Positions 17,421 to 26,342 of a stretch of 64,000 nucleotides of DNA are shown here, piece by piece. The notes beneath the pieces were generated by a model, which saw only the letters and a list, made by a program, of their open reading frames with translations, ran no database searches and was not told the origin of the DNA. Positions within the stretch are counted from its first letter, which is position 1. Every line of letters begins with the position of its first letter. A program made the position numbers and the translations under genes. The stretch comes from Acidimicrobiia bacterium (GTDB lineage Bacteria; Actinomycetota; Acidimicrobiia; Spongiisociales; ZC4RG35), in assembly GCA_965248705.1 (NCBI GenBank), contig CBDFJY010000002.1, positions 1,322,980 through 1,386,979 on the forward strand. Direction: 5' to 3'.

Positions 17421-18287
17421 CTATATGCAGGAGGGGCCTTGCGGATAGGATACGGATTGGGCGATGGCCCGGGGGGTTTCCACGATCATTCCGGTTCTGA
17501 TGACCAACCGTCCTTCCTCGGTGACGTTGACCGCGAATCGGTCGAGATTCCGGGGGGCGGGACCGGCGAAATACTCTCCGATCGAGTTGTACTTGGATCC
17601 GTGGCAGGGGCATTCGAAACCTTGGGAGTCGTTGCACCAGGGCACCCGACATCCCAGGTGGACGCAGCGCTGATAGAGGGCCATCAGCCCACCGGCGACC
17701 ACGTCTCTGTCCGCGAATTGCTGGCTCATCTCGGTGGGCGCCGGGACTACATAGGCGCGGGCGTCGGGGATGAAAGCCGGGGTGACCAGGCCGGCGCTGT
17801 CGGTCATCGCCGGTACCAGGTCGGCGGCGAGTCCGGCGTCCACATCGCTCCCGAAGCCTCCGGTTATTTTGGGCCACAAAAAGGCCAGGATCTCTATCCC
17901 CATGATGCCAAACCACGCGACCGACATGGCGGCCAGGGACCGGTTGAAGAACTGCCGGCGGGTGACCCCCACCTCCTCGGGGGAGGCTTCCACGATCACC
18001 TGAGATTCGGTGATGGGCGCCAGCGCCTCCATCACCTCGACCGGGGCCTCTTCTTCCGCAACGGCCGGGGCTTCGGCCTCCGACGGCTCCGTGTCCACAG
18101 AGGTTTCCAGCACCAAATCCATGGAGGGAGCGGAACGGTCGGCCTTCCGGGCGCGGCGTTCTACCCGCTTGGGCCAGAGAGAGGCCGAGTCGGGATCCGC
18201 GCGGCGGAAGGCGATGGTGAAGGCGCCAATCGCGGCGGCGATGGCCACCGCCGCCACCCCGATGATGATCAGCTCGACGCTGTCCAT
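17421..18287 (-). CDS. Rieske [2Fe-2S] iron-sulfur protein
   Basis: CVHLGC..CPCHGS Rieske boxes. An internal twin-arginine-like TRRQFF sits ahead of the hydrophobic anchor. There is an extra N-terminal TM and an acidic extension. Confidence 0.85.
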   Translation of the reverse strand: MDSVELIIIGVAAVAIAAAIGAFTIAFRRADPDSASLWPKRVERRARKADRSAPSMDLVLETSVDTEPSEAEAPAVAEEEAPVEVMEALAPITESQVIVEASPEEVGVTRRQFFNRSLAAMSVAWFGIMGIEILAFLWPKITGGFGSDVDAGLAADLVPAMTDSAGLVTPAFIPDARAYVVPAPTEMSQQFADRDVVAGGLMALYQRCVHLGCRVPWCNDSQGFECPCHGSKYNSIGEYFAGPAPRNLDRFAVNVTEEGRLVIRTGMIVETPRAIAQSVSYPQGPSCI

Positions 18288-18309
18288 CAGACCATCAGAC
18301 TATTCGACA

Positions 18310-19182
18310 TCAGTGGCCCCCAAAGTCGACCCAGTCTTTCAGGTCATCGAAAAATATCCCGTCCACCCACGGGTAGGCAAAGTTGAATCCCGGCCCCCGG
18401 AACAGCACTCCCAGGATGGTGAGGGTGGCTGCTCCGGCCAGGAAGATGGTGAACATCATGATGGCCAGTTTGCGGTCGGAGGGGCGGGTGGAGGGGTTGC
18501 GGTCTATATAGGGAATCATCATGAATCCCACCAGCCCGATCACGGTCGGCACCGTGACTCCGGCGATTTGGGGGTCAAAATAGGAGAGCATCTCCTGGAG
18601 ACCCAGGAAATACCAGGGTGCCTTGGAAGGGTTGGGGGTGGCATTGAAGTTGGCCGATTCCAGGAGGGGCGCCTGGAGGATGACCGAGAGAACCAGGAGA
18701 AAGGCGGTCATCGCCAAAAGGGCGGTGAACTCGGTGATCATCAGATGCGGCCAGGTGTTTACCTTGTCGGTGGGGTCGGCCTTTACCTGTTGGATGGCTC
18801 GGGCCTTGACCACGGTGAGCAGTCGCTGATGGCGGACTCCCTCGGGCAGGTCGGTGGGTGGGACCGAGGGACGAACCGAGACCGAAGCCGCCAATCGTCC
18901 GTTCCCGGCGCCGTTTTCCCCACTCGCCGGGGCGGCTGTGACGGCCGGGGTGATTACCGGAGCGGGCTCGGGCGGCGGGGGAGCGGGGGGAGTCTCGGAG
19001 ACGGATGGCGGGGGGGCGGTGGGAACCATGCGGGGGGCGGGCACCACGACCTTCTCTGCGGCTATTTCGGTGACCGGGGCCTCTCCGCGCATCTCGGCCA
19101 GAACCTGTTCAACCGGCAGGCCCAATGCCTTGGCCTTGGCTTCGGCGGACCGTCTCAACAGTTCTTCAGGGATTTGTGGCAC
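18310..19182 (-). CDS. cytochrome b C-terminal-domain protein (b6f subunit IV / PetD-like) with a Pro-rich N-terminal extension
   Basis: WPHLMITEF.., ..APWYFLGLQEMLSYF.. (the PEWY-type motif) and ..IMMFTIF... The first 130 aa are Pro/Ala-rich low complexity. Confidence 0.7.
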   Translation of the reverse strand: MPQIPEELLRRSAEAKAKALGLPVEQVLAEMRGEAPVTEIAAEKVVVPAPRMVPTAPPPSVSETPPAPPPPEPAPVITPAVTAAPASGENGAGNGRLAASVSVRPSVPPTDLPEGVRHQRLLTVVKARAIQQVKADPTDKVNTWPHLMITEFTALLAMTAFLLVLSVILQAPLLESANFNATPNPSKAPWYFLGLQEMLSYFDPQIAGVTVPTVIGLVGFMMIPYIDRNPSTRPSDRKLAIMMFTIFLAGAATLTILGVLFRGPGFNFAYPWVDGIFFDDLKDWVDFGGH

Positions 19183-19201
19183 TAGTGCTCACCTCGCATG
19201 T

Positions 19202-19990
19202 TCAGAGAGGCCCGGAGATGCCGCCGTCTTTGCGGACTCTCCAAAAGTGGACCGCCAGGAATATCACGATGATGAACGGCAGAAAGAGAACATGAAGCAC
19301 ATACCATCGCAAAAGTGTCCCCGCCGTTACCTCCACCCCGCCCAATAGGGCGAATTTCACCTGCGCGCCTATCACAGGAACGAACCCGGCCATGTTGGTG
19401 CCCACCGTCACCGCCCACAGAGCCAACTGGTCCCAGGGAAGCAGATAGCCGGTGAAGGAGAGGAGCAAGGTCAGGAGCAGCAGGATGACTCCCACCACCC
19501 AGTTGAACTCGCGGGGAGGCTTGTAAGCCCCGTGGTAGAAAACCCTGGACATGTGGAGAAACACGGTTAGCACCATCAGATGGGCGCCCCAGCGGTGCAT
19601 ATTCCTCATCAGGGAGCCAAAGGCGATGTCGGTGGAGAGCGCCTGCACATCGATGTAGGCCCGTTCCGCGGTGGGGGCGTAGTAGAACATCAGGAAAATG
19701 CCGGTCACGGTCAGGAGAATGAAGAGGAAAAAGCTCATCCCTCCCAGACAAAGCGTGTAGGAGAGCTTGACGCCGTGTCGCTTCACCTTCACCGGATGGA
19801 GGTGATAGAGCACGTTGTTCATGATCACATAGGAGCGGTTGCGGGGAGTGTCGGTGTAGCCCTTTTTGAAGGGAGAGCCGGGTCGCAGCATCGAATCCAT
19901 GAACTGGCCCGACCAGACTCGTCCCATCAACCCCGACACTGAGGTGCGGGCTTTGGTCAGAAGGCCTTGTCTGCCGTTTTGGTTGCTCAC
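19202..19990 (-). CDS. cytochrome b6-type (N-terminal heme-binding half of a split cytochrome b)
   Basis: ..YHLHPVKV.., ..[17 protein letters not shown].. and ..LPWDQL..WA..V.. show the characteristic b-heme His pairs on helices B and D. Confidence 0.85.
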   Translation of the reverse strand: MSNQNGRQGLLTKARTSVSGLMGRVWSGQFMDSMLRPGSPFKKGYTDTPRNRSYVIMNNVLYHLHPVKVKRHGVKLSYTLCLGGMSFFLFILLTVTGIFLMFYYAPTAERAYIDVQALSTDIAFGSLMRNMHRWGAHLMVLTVFLHMSRVFYHGAYKPPREFNWVVGVILLLLTLLLSFTGYLLPWDQLALWAVTVGTNMAGFVPVIGAQVKFALLGGVEVTAGTLLRWYVLHVLFLPFIIVIFLAVHFWRVRKDGGISGPL

Positions 19991-19999
19991 CCTTACTCC

Positions 20000-20449
20000 T
20001 TACCAACGCATTCCATAGGTATAGCCGTGTTTGAAGTCCCTTTGGCCGGTGTCCACCTCCCAGGGCGCCGCGTTGAGGCCCATCTCCTCGGCCTGGGCGG
20101 CCAGGGACCCCTCGAACTTGCCCAGGGAGATGACCCCGGTGGGGCAGCGATCGATGCACAGGGCGCAGCGGGTGCACTCGTTTTCGTCGACCACGAAGAA
20201 ACCGTAATTGGTGACGTCTTCCCGTGGGTCATCGACGTTGACCGCTTCGTCGATGGCGTCCATAGAGAGATAGAAGATGCACTTCCACGGGCAGATGTCC
20301 ACGCAGCCCTCGCAAATGATGCACTCGGACTGATCGATGTGGAGAAACTGCTTGGGGCGAATCTTGCCCAGGTAGAAGTCGTTTTCCACCAGGGCGAGCT
20401 GGTAGTCGTCTCGAAAGGGCGGGGTCTCATCTACAACTCCGCGGGGCAT
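20000..20449 (-). CDS. 2[4Fe-4S] ferredoxin-like protein
   Basis: Two CxxCxxCxxxCP motifs: CIICEGCVDICP and CTRCALCIDRCP. Confidence 0.8.
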   Translation of the reverse strand: MPRGVVDETPPFRDDYQLALVENDFYLGKIRPKQFLHIDQSECIICEGCVDICPWKCIFYLSMDAIDEAVNVDDPREDVTNYGFFVVDENECTRCALCIDRCPTGVISLGKFEGSLAAQAEEMGLNAAPWEVDTGQRDFKHGYTYGMRW

Positions 20450-20450
20450 C

Positions 20451-21083
20451 TCAGCGGTCTCCCTTCACCAGCGGTCGGCCGTACGGGGACAACTGGACGG
20501 GGGGAGTGGGCTTCTTCTTGGGCGACTTGTATAGCTGCTGCAGTTGGTAGGCGAAAAAACCGGCGGCGCCCAAGGCCACCATGTTGTAGGTTGCCGAGAT
20601 GATGTCTTTGATGGCGCCCCAGCTTATCGCCACCTCGTTGCCCAGCATCAGCAACGGTGGAATGTTGAGTGCGATTCTCTGTCCCGACCAGTCGAGATCG
20701 GTCTGGGAGAGGTTGAGCCATTCGGAAGGGACGATCCCGAATATCATTACCAGTTCCATCCAGACCAAAAAGGCGGCGAAAGCGGCTCTCGCCCAGGTCA
20801 TTTTCTGGTTGAGCACCCACAGGAAGGCGGCGCCCGCCAACATCATCTGGGAGGCGGCCAGGGCTCCGAGGTAGCCGAGGCTCTTCCAGAACCAGCCCCG
20901 TGGTATCCAGTTGAAGAAGTCCACCACCAGGGTCGTGGAGACCCCGTTGACGATCTCGGTCTCCGGCAGCTTGGAATAGTGAATCCAGATCACCGCCACG
21001 GTCATGAGGGCGGCACCCATCAACAGCGACGACCACCCTATGAGGATCCTTTTTTGCTGGTCTAAAGAGCCGATGCGATGCAT
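20451..21083 (-). CDS. integral membrane protein, first gene of the cytochrome operon
   Basis: 210-aa Trp-rich polytopic ORF. Its stop abuts the ferredoxin start. No family recognised. Confidence 0.45.
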   Translation of the reverse strand: MHRIGSLDQQKRILIGWSSLLMGAALMTVAVIWIHYSKLPETEIVNGVSTTLVVDFFNWIPRGWFWKSLGYLGALAASQMMLAGAAFLWVLNQKMTWARAAFAAFLVWMELVMIFGIVPSEWLNLSQTDLDWSGQRIALNIPPLLMLGNEVAISWGAIKDIISATYNMVALGAAGFFAYQLQQLYKSPKKKPTPPVQLSPYGRPLVKGDR

Positions 21084-21222
21084 CTGTACCAGATGGCCTT
21101 CCAGAGTCGAACCACTCCTATTTTTACACCGGAGCGGGTCTCAAACAAAGTTCTAACGCCTTTCTTCTTCACAAAGCCGACCATACGCCCTGAACGCCCC
21201 CGCGCCAAGGTGGGTTTGGAAC

Positions 21223-22770
21223 TTGCTATCTTTTGGAGCGGCTCTCATAGCTAACCTTTCCTTTTCCGGGGGTAGCGCTCTGAGTACAACCAAGAATAAT
21301 CAAGTCGGACATCCGAAAAATCGAGTCGGACGTTACGCGGCCTGGTCGGACGCGCTGGGTCCTGACGCCGCGGCCAAATGGCACATCATCATCTCCACCG
21401 CCTTTTTGGCGGTGGCCGGGATCGTATGGGTGGTAGGGATGGTGGAGCTGCGCTTCTCCGGAACGCTGACCGGGCCTTTCTCGTACGGGCGCATCCGCCC
21501 GATCGCCCTGTTGCTGGCCGTGGTGGGCTGGCTGACCCTGTCGCTGGCCGGTGGGGCCTACTACATTCTGCCCCGGCTCACCGGAACCCGGATGCGCAGC
21601 GAAGGCTTGGCGTTGGCGGGTGGGGTGGGAACGGCGCTGGTGACGGTGGTGGGAGCGGCGGTGGTGTTGTTGGGCGGAGGAGACGGGACCGGCCCTTTTT
21701 CTCTTCCCTGGTGGGTCTCTTTTCCGCTGCTCGCCACCCTTCTGGCGCCGATGGTGGTGACCGTCTCCACGGTTCGCCATCGACAAGAACCCAACATCTA
21801 CGTTTCTTTGTGGTATGCCCTGGCCGGGGTGGTTTGGCTTCCTCTCCTCTACCTGGTGGGCGCGCTTCCCGCACCCTCAGCCTTGGGGAGCGCCCTCTCC
21901 GGGTCGATATCTCTCTTCGGGCTCTCCAACCTGTGGGTGGTGGGAATGGGAGTCGGGCTTGCCTACTACGCCCTGGTGAAGGAGACGGGCAACCCCCTGG
22001 CCAGCCGACAGTTGGCGAGAGTGGGATTCTGGTCTCTGGCCTTTGCCTCGGCGTGGGCGGGATCCGCCCCCTTGGTTTTCGGTCCCATTCCCGGCTGGCT
22101 GGAGGCGGTGGCATTCCTGATGACGCTGGCGCTTCCTGTCTCGGCGCTGGCCAACGCCGCCAACCTCGCTTTGACCACCGACCAGTTCTGGGCGGAAAGG
22201 AAAGAGCGTCCGGTGGTGGCCGCGGCCTTGGCGGGCGTCTTTTTTGCTTTGATGACGGCGGCTCTAACCAGCTTTGGAACCATCCGCTCGGCGGCGGCGG
22301 TGGTGGGACTCACCCCCTTCTGGGACGGGGTGCTCTATGCCACCCTGTTCGGCGCGGGAGGCCTCCTGGTGGCTGCCTGGTCCTATCAGGCGCTGCCGTC
22401 GATCATCGGGCGGAAGCTGGCGGGGGTGAGGCTCGCCCGTCTTCATCTGCGTCTCACCTTCTGGGGAGTGGGTTTGACTTCCGCGCTGCTGGTGGGGGCC
22501 GGCTTGGTTTCGGGCTATAGCTGGGCGGGGGGTTCCTACAGTGGCATAAGTCCCACGGGCGAAGGCTGGGGGAGCCTGGTGGGCATGTCCTCGCTGATGG
22601 TGGGGTTGTCCATACTGTCGGGCCTGTTGACCCTGGTGGGCCAGCTCTCTTTCTGTTTGGCCATTGCCAGGACCTTTACCTCCGGACCCGCGTCCACCCA
22701 GGAGATATTCACTTTGGTTGCTGCTGATCGGTCGCCCGATTCCGAAGCTGAGGAAGAGGAAGAGGAATGA
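21223..22770 (+). CDS. polytopic membrane protein resembling heme-copper oxidase subunit I (CcoN-like) but lacking canonical His ligands
   Basis: At least 12 hydrophobic helices. ..FSYGRIRPIALLLAVVGW..GGAYYILPRLTG.. parallels the CcoN FGRLRPLHTNAV..YYVVQR region, with His replaced by Ala. There are only 4 His in 515 aa. The C-terminal tail is acidic (EAEEEEEE). It precedes a CcoO-like gene with overlapping stop and start. Confidence 0.4.
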   Translation: MLSFGAALIANLSFSGGSALSTTKNNQVGHPKNRVGRYAAWSDALGPDAAAKWHIIISTAFLAVAGIVWVVGMVELRFSGTLTGPFSYGRIRPIALLLAVVGWLTLSLAGGAYYILPRLTGTRMRSEGLALAGGVGTALVTVVGAAVVLLGGGDGTGPFSLPWWVSFPLLATLLAPMVVTVSTVRHRQEPNIYVSLWYALAGVVWLPLLYLVGALPAPSALGSALSGSISLFGLSNLWVVGMGVGLAYYALVKETGNPLASRQLARVGFWSLAFASAWAGSAPLVFGPIPGWLEAVAFLMTLALPVSALANAANLALTTDQFWAERKERPVVAAALAGVFFALMTAALTSFGTIRSAAAVVGLTPFWDGVLYATLFGAGGLLVAAWSYQALPSIIGRKLAGVRLARLHLRLTFWGVGLTSALLVGAGLVSGYSWAGGSYSGISPTGEGWGSLVGMSSLMVGLSILSGLLTLVGQLSFCLAIARTFTSGPASTQEIFTLVAADRSPDSEAEEEEEE

Positions 22771-23729
22771 GCGAGATACTGGAAGCGGCCGCTCGCGCCG
22801 TGGGCGCCCCCGCCGAGTTGGTGCAGCGCTCCGCCGAAGCGCGCGCCGGCGCCAGCGGCGTCTCTGTCGAAGAAGTTCTGACCGCCTGGGCGGGAGGTGG
22901 AGTGGCGCCCCCCTCCGTTCCACCCGCGGCTCCCGTTCCACCCGCGGCTCCGGCGCCTGCCGCGGCTCCCGTTCCACCCGCGGCTCCGGCGCCTGCCGCG
23001 GCTCCCGTTCCACCCGCGGCTCCGGCGCCTGCCGCGGCTCCCGTTCCACCCGCGGCTCCGGCGCCTGCCGCGGCCCCCGCTCCTGCCGTACCATTTCCCC
23101 CGCCTGTGGCCCCTCCAGTCGCAGCGCCGCCTGCCGCAACCCCCGCACCCCAGCCGTCGCCCGCGCTTGGCGCCGCGCCGTCGGCGCCTACCGCCCCTGT
23201 CGCCCCTGCGAGGCCCGCCCTGGTCACGCCCGGGGTCGCGGCGGGCCCGCCCCCGGTGCTGAAAGGTCGGGTGGATCGGCCGTTCCGGTATCTGTTCGGC
23301 GCCACTGCCCTGTTGATCCTGTGCTTGGGCGCCACTCTGGTGGTCCCCGCCCTTTCGGAAACGGGCCGGGGAGCACTCCACTCCGAGATCCCCTTCACCG
23401 CGCCGGCGCGGGCGGGAAAAGAGATATATCTGGCGGAGGGATGTGCGGGCTGTCACACCCAGATGGTCCGTCCCATCGTCGCCGACGCCCAACTGGCCGC
23501 TCTGGCCGGGGTGGGCGGGGTTACCCTGTCCGACACCAATCAGGTGATCGGCCGCCAGCGTTACGGTCCCGACTTGGCCAACGTGGGCAGTCGGATGTCC
23601 CCCGAGGACATCGAGGCGGTGCTTTCCGGCGAGGGAGACCATCTTTCCTACCGGGGCGACTGGACTGATTCCCTGGTGGCATACCTGGTGGAGTCGCGAG
23701 TTTTGACCGAGGACGGATCCAGTGAGTGA
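22767..23729 (+). CDS. CcoO/FixO-like monoheme cytochrome c with an N-terminal cytoplasmic domain and Pro/Ala repeat linker
   Basis: [34 protein letters not shown] closely follows the CcoO signature (G.x.Y..GC..CHSQM.RP..GPDL..VGGRYS). One TM ([20 protein letters not shown]) lies upstream of the heme domain. Confidence 0.6.
   Translation: MSEILEAAARAVGAPAELVQRSAEARAGASGVSVEEVLTAWAGGGVAPPSVPPAAPVPPAAPAPAAAPVPPAAPAPAAAPVPPAAPAPAAAPVPPAAPAPAAAPAPAVPFPPPVAPPVAAPPAATPAPQPSPALGAAPSAPTAPVAPARPALVTPGVAAGPPPVLKGRVDRPFRYLFGATALLILCLGATLVVPALSETGRGALHSEIPFTAPARAGKEIYLAEGCAGCHTQMVRPIVADAQLAALAGVGGVTLSDTNQVIGRQRYGPDLANVGSRMSPEDIEAVLSGEGDHLSYRGDWTDSLVAYLVESRVLTEDGSSE
22914..23075. repeat. perfect 36-bp tandem repeat, 4 copies plus a partial copy, in frame ([12 protein letters not shown])n
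   Basis: cccgttccacccgcggctccggcgcctgccgcggct repeated head-to-tail at 22932, 22968, 23004 and 23040. The last copy has one substitution. Confidence 0.9.
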
Positions 23730-24729
23730 GAATTTGGCGAGAGCGGCCCAGGCCATGGGTGCGCCGGAGGTTTTGGTGCAACGCTCGGCCGAAGCCCGGT
23801 CCCAGGCAAGCGGGGTCCCCGTCGAAGAAATTCTGGCGGCCTGGGCGGGTGGTGGCTCGGCGCCGACGGCCTCCTCCGCGGCTCCGGCTGGCGCTCCCGA
23901 TCCCGTACCTCCCCCGGCCCCAACCCAACCAGCCGCGCCGCCGCCCGTGGTTACCGCGCCTGTGGTTACCCCGCCCGCGGCTCCGAGGCCGGTGTCCCCC
24001 TCACCCGCTCCGGCGGCCCCGGTCGTGGCGCCGCCTCTTCCTCCTCCCTCGGAGGTGAGCACCAAGGAAGCGATTTCCTTCCCGGTGGTGGTGTCGGTGC
24101 CCACCGCCCGCCTGACGGAGAGAACCTCATCCACCCTTCCCCGCTGGCTCGCCGCTCTCTTCCTGGTCGTTCCGGTGATAGGTCTGCTCTATCTGGCGGG
24201 AAACTCCGCCCGGGCGGGATGTGTGGAGGGGGGAGTGGAGTTGGCTGTCAACCGGATCAACTCCACGGTGGTCAACTGCGACGGCAGCGAGTTCACCGGT
24301 CGCGCCGACCAATCGGCGGGGATTTTCCTGGTGATGGGGGAAACGATTTTCGAAACTTGTGCCGGATGTCATGGGGCCACCGGTGAAGGGGGAGTGGGGC
24401 CGGCGCTCGCCACCGTGCTCTCCACTTTTTCGGCTTGCGCGGCCCACATCGAGTGGGTGACCCTGGCCACCGGCGGCTTTCAGAACGCCGGAGAAACCAC
24501 CTACGGAGATTTGGCCAAATCGGTGGGCGGCGGGGGCTTCATGCCCGGATTCGCGACCAGTAACAGCCCCGAAGAGATTGCTTCGGTGGTCTCCTTCGAG
24601 CGGATCCGCTTCGGCGGGGCTGATCCCGATCAAACGCTGATGGAGTGTGGATTGGTAGAGGGCGACACGGGTGAGAGTGACACGGGAGAAGGCGAGGCGC
24701 CTCCCGCGGAGGAGGAAGGAAGCGAATGA
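23722..24729 (+). CDS. membrane-anchored c-type cytochrome (CxxCH) paralogous in its N-terminus to 22767..23729
   Basis: CAGCHGATGEGGVGPAL (class I cytochrome c). The N-terminal 45 aa, [45 protein letters not shown], are about 70% identical to the N-terminus of the preceding protein. A Pro/Ala linker and one TM follow. Confidence 0.6.
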   Translation: MSENLARAAQAMGAPEVLVQRSAEARSQASGVPVEEILAAWAGGGSAPTASSAAPAGAPDPVPPPAPTQPAAPPPVVTAPVVTPPAAPRPVSPSPAPAAPVVAPPLPPPSEVSTKEAISFPVVVSVPTARLTERTSSTLPRWLAALFLVVPVIGLLYLAGNSARAGCVEGGVELAVNRINSTVVNCDGSEFTGRADQSAGIFLVMGETIFETCAGCHGATGEGGVGPALATVLSTFSACAAHIEWVTLATGGFQNAGETTYGDLAKSVGGGGFMPGFATSNSPEEIASVVSFERIRFGGADPDQTLMECGLVEGDTGESDTGEGEAPPAEEEGSE

Positions 24730-24744
24730 GTCCCTGGGGGTGCG

Positions 24745-25019
24745 CTATTGGGCGGTCAGGCCCAAGCGTTTCCCGAGGATCGCTCTCCACAGCCGGAAAG
24801 TACTGATCTGTCCCTCGGCCAGTACCTGTCCGGCGGGATCTTCCACCACCGGGATGCGCAGCCCGTAGTCGACGGCCAACTCGGGGCGCTGATCGATGTC
24901 CACTTCTTGCAGGGCCAGGCCCGTGAGGAGCGCCACTCGTCGCACCCGGGGCGCCGCCACCGCGCACAGGTGGCACTCGGGGCGGGTGTAGAACACCAGG
25001 TAGCGCCGTTCTCTCTTCA
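24745..25019 (-). CDS. glutaredoxin-like thioredoxin-fold protein (DUF836-like)
   Basis: ..RYLVFYTRPECHLCAVAAP..LQEVDID..P..YG.RIPVV.. carries the CxxC motif. The likely GTG start at 25019 follows GGGAGGAG. The longer annotated ORF has a His/Arg-rich junk N-terminus. Confidence 0.5.
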
Positions 25020-25123
25020 CTCTCCTCCCTCCCGCGGGATATCCTGGGTAGTTCCCGTCCCCGATTTTGGGAGGAGTAGAATGCGACCCGCCACCGCGGT
25101 AGTGATAGTGACGCTGGCGTTGA

Positions 25124-25966
25124 TCATCGTTGTGGCGGCGGTGGTGCAACTGTGGGGATTGGTGTTCTCTCCATGACCACCGCCATTCCCTCGGCGAGGG
25201 AAAGCCGGTCACAAGCCCGCCCTCCCCTCATTGCCAAGGCCAAAAGTCCCGCCGAGTCGATGTGGATCAGCAAATCGCCCTCTCCAACTTGGGCGTAGGC
25301 CGCCGCTCTCCGAATCCGGTGGACGGATGCGCCCACCCGCACAGTCAGCTCTGAGCAGTCCTCCAAGCCGGCGGCTTCCAGATCACCAGGAGAGATGTTG
25401 GTTTGGACGTTGCCGTAGGTGTCCACCCACCAGGCCGCTCCGCTCACCCGCCCGGTGCTCACCTCGGGCAGGGGCAGCAGCAGGGGGGTTACCTCGTGGG
25501 GGCCAATCGGAGGGCCCAACTCGGAGAGCCGGACTTCTCCCGCGGCCAGGGCCGCCGCCGCCGGAGCGAAGACGTCCCGTCCCCAGAAGGTGTCTCCGGC
25601 GCCCGGCAGACGATATTCGAGGTTTTCGATGGAGACCATCCGCTGGGCGCCTCCCACCATAGCGACTGCCGGCGAGAGGAGACCGTTGTCAGGCCCGACG
25701 AAGGCCATTTCGGAGGTTTCGACCGCCAAGGCCCGCCGGTCGGTTCCCACCCCGGGATCCACCACCGCCAACACCACCCCGGCGGGCAGGTACTGGACGG
25801 CGCGGAGAAGCGATAGGGCGCCGGCCCGCACGTCTCCGGGAGCGATCCGGTGATTGATGTCGATTACCCGTGATTGGGGAGCAATCCGGGCAATTACCCC
25901 GTGAACCACCCCCACGAACTCGTCATCGGTTCCAAAATCGGAGAGAAAGCTGATGGGAAGGCTCAT
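25124..25966 (-). CDS. SAM hydroxide adenosyltransferase family protein (DUF62, fluorinase/chlorinase-like SAM hydrolase)
   Basis: N-terminal ISFLSDFGTDDEFVGVVHGVI matches the conserved (T/S)DFGxxDxYVG start of DUF62 proteins. Confidence 0.7.
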   Translation of the reverse strand: MSLPISFLSDFGTDDEFVGVVHGVIARIAPQSRVIDINHRIAPGDVRAGALSLLRAVQYLPAGVVLAVVDPGVGTDRRALAVETSEMAFVGPDNGLLSPAVAMVGGAQRMVSIENLEYRLPGAGDTFWGRDVFAPAAAALAAGEVRLSELGPPIGPHEVTPLLLPLPEVSTGRVSGAAWWVDTYGNVQTNISPGDLEAAGLEDCSELTVRVGASVHRIRRAAAYAQVGEGDLLIHIDSAGLLALAMRGGRACDRLSLAEGMAVVMERTPIPTVAPPPPQR

Positions 25967-26342
25967 AATGTCCCGGTGGGGTTGACAGCGTAAGCCCAGG
26001 TTACGAGTAAAGGCTAGAGACTTGGCGATTCAAAAGAAGAAGCCCACCCCGGCCGGGCCTGATCATGAGATCATCCCGACTCCGAGTCGGAAGAAAATTC
26101 CTAGATCGGCAAACAATCCAAGCCAAAAGAGTTGACTCCTGTCACAGGCCGGATACACACTGATGAAAGCTGAAACCACCTCACGGCCCGATCCGACGCG
26201 TCGTTCGGACCGCTCCAGGGATCATATTTCAAAAAGGCACCCCTCCAGAGGACTGGCAGAGCGCGTTTTGACCAAAGGAACGGTGGCGAGCTCCTATGAT
26301 GCTATGATTTCCAAATCGGGTTCGGGAGGTGTTGGGCTGGGG

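Noticed and set aside
22914-23075. Possible CRISPR array (identical 36-bp units)
   Set aside because: The units are contiguous with no spacers, are in frame inside a coding sequence, and encode a Pro/Ala linker. This is a tandem repeat, not CRISPR.
22264-24134. Large minus-strand ORFs (294 aa and 532 aa) rich in Gly/Arg/Ala repeats
   Set aside because: They are the antisense reading of the Pro/Ala tandem-repeat linkers of the two cytochrome c genes. They have no start context or motifs.
25967-26342. Possible tRNA or att site next to IS110 copy 1
   Set aside because: No cloverleaf-compatible sequence (no GTTCGAATCC-like T-loop, no acceptor stem complementarity) was found by eye. It is left as ordinary intergenic DNA or IS leader.
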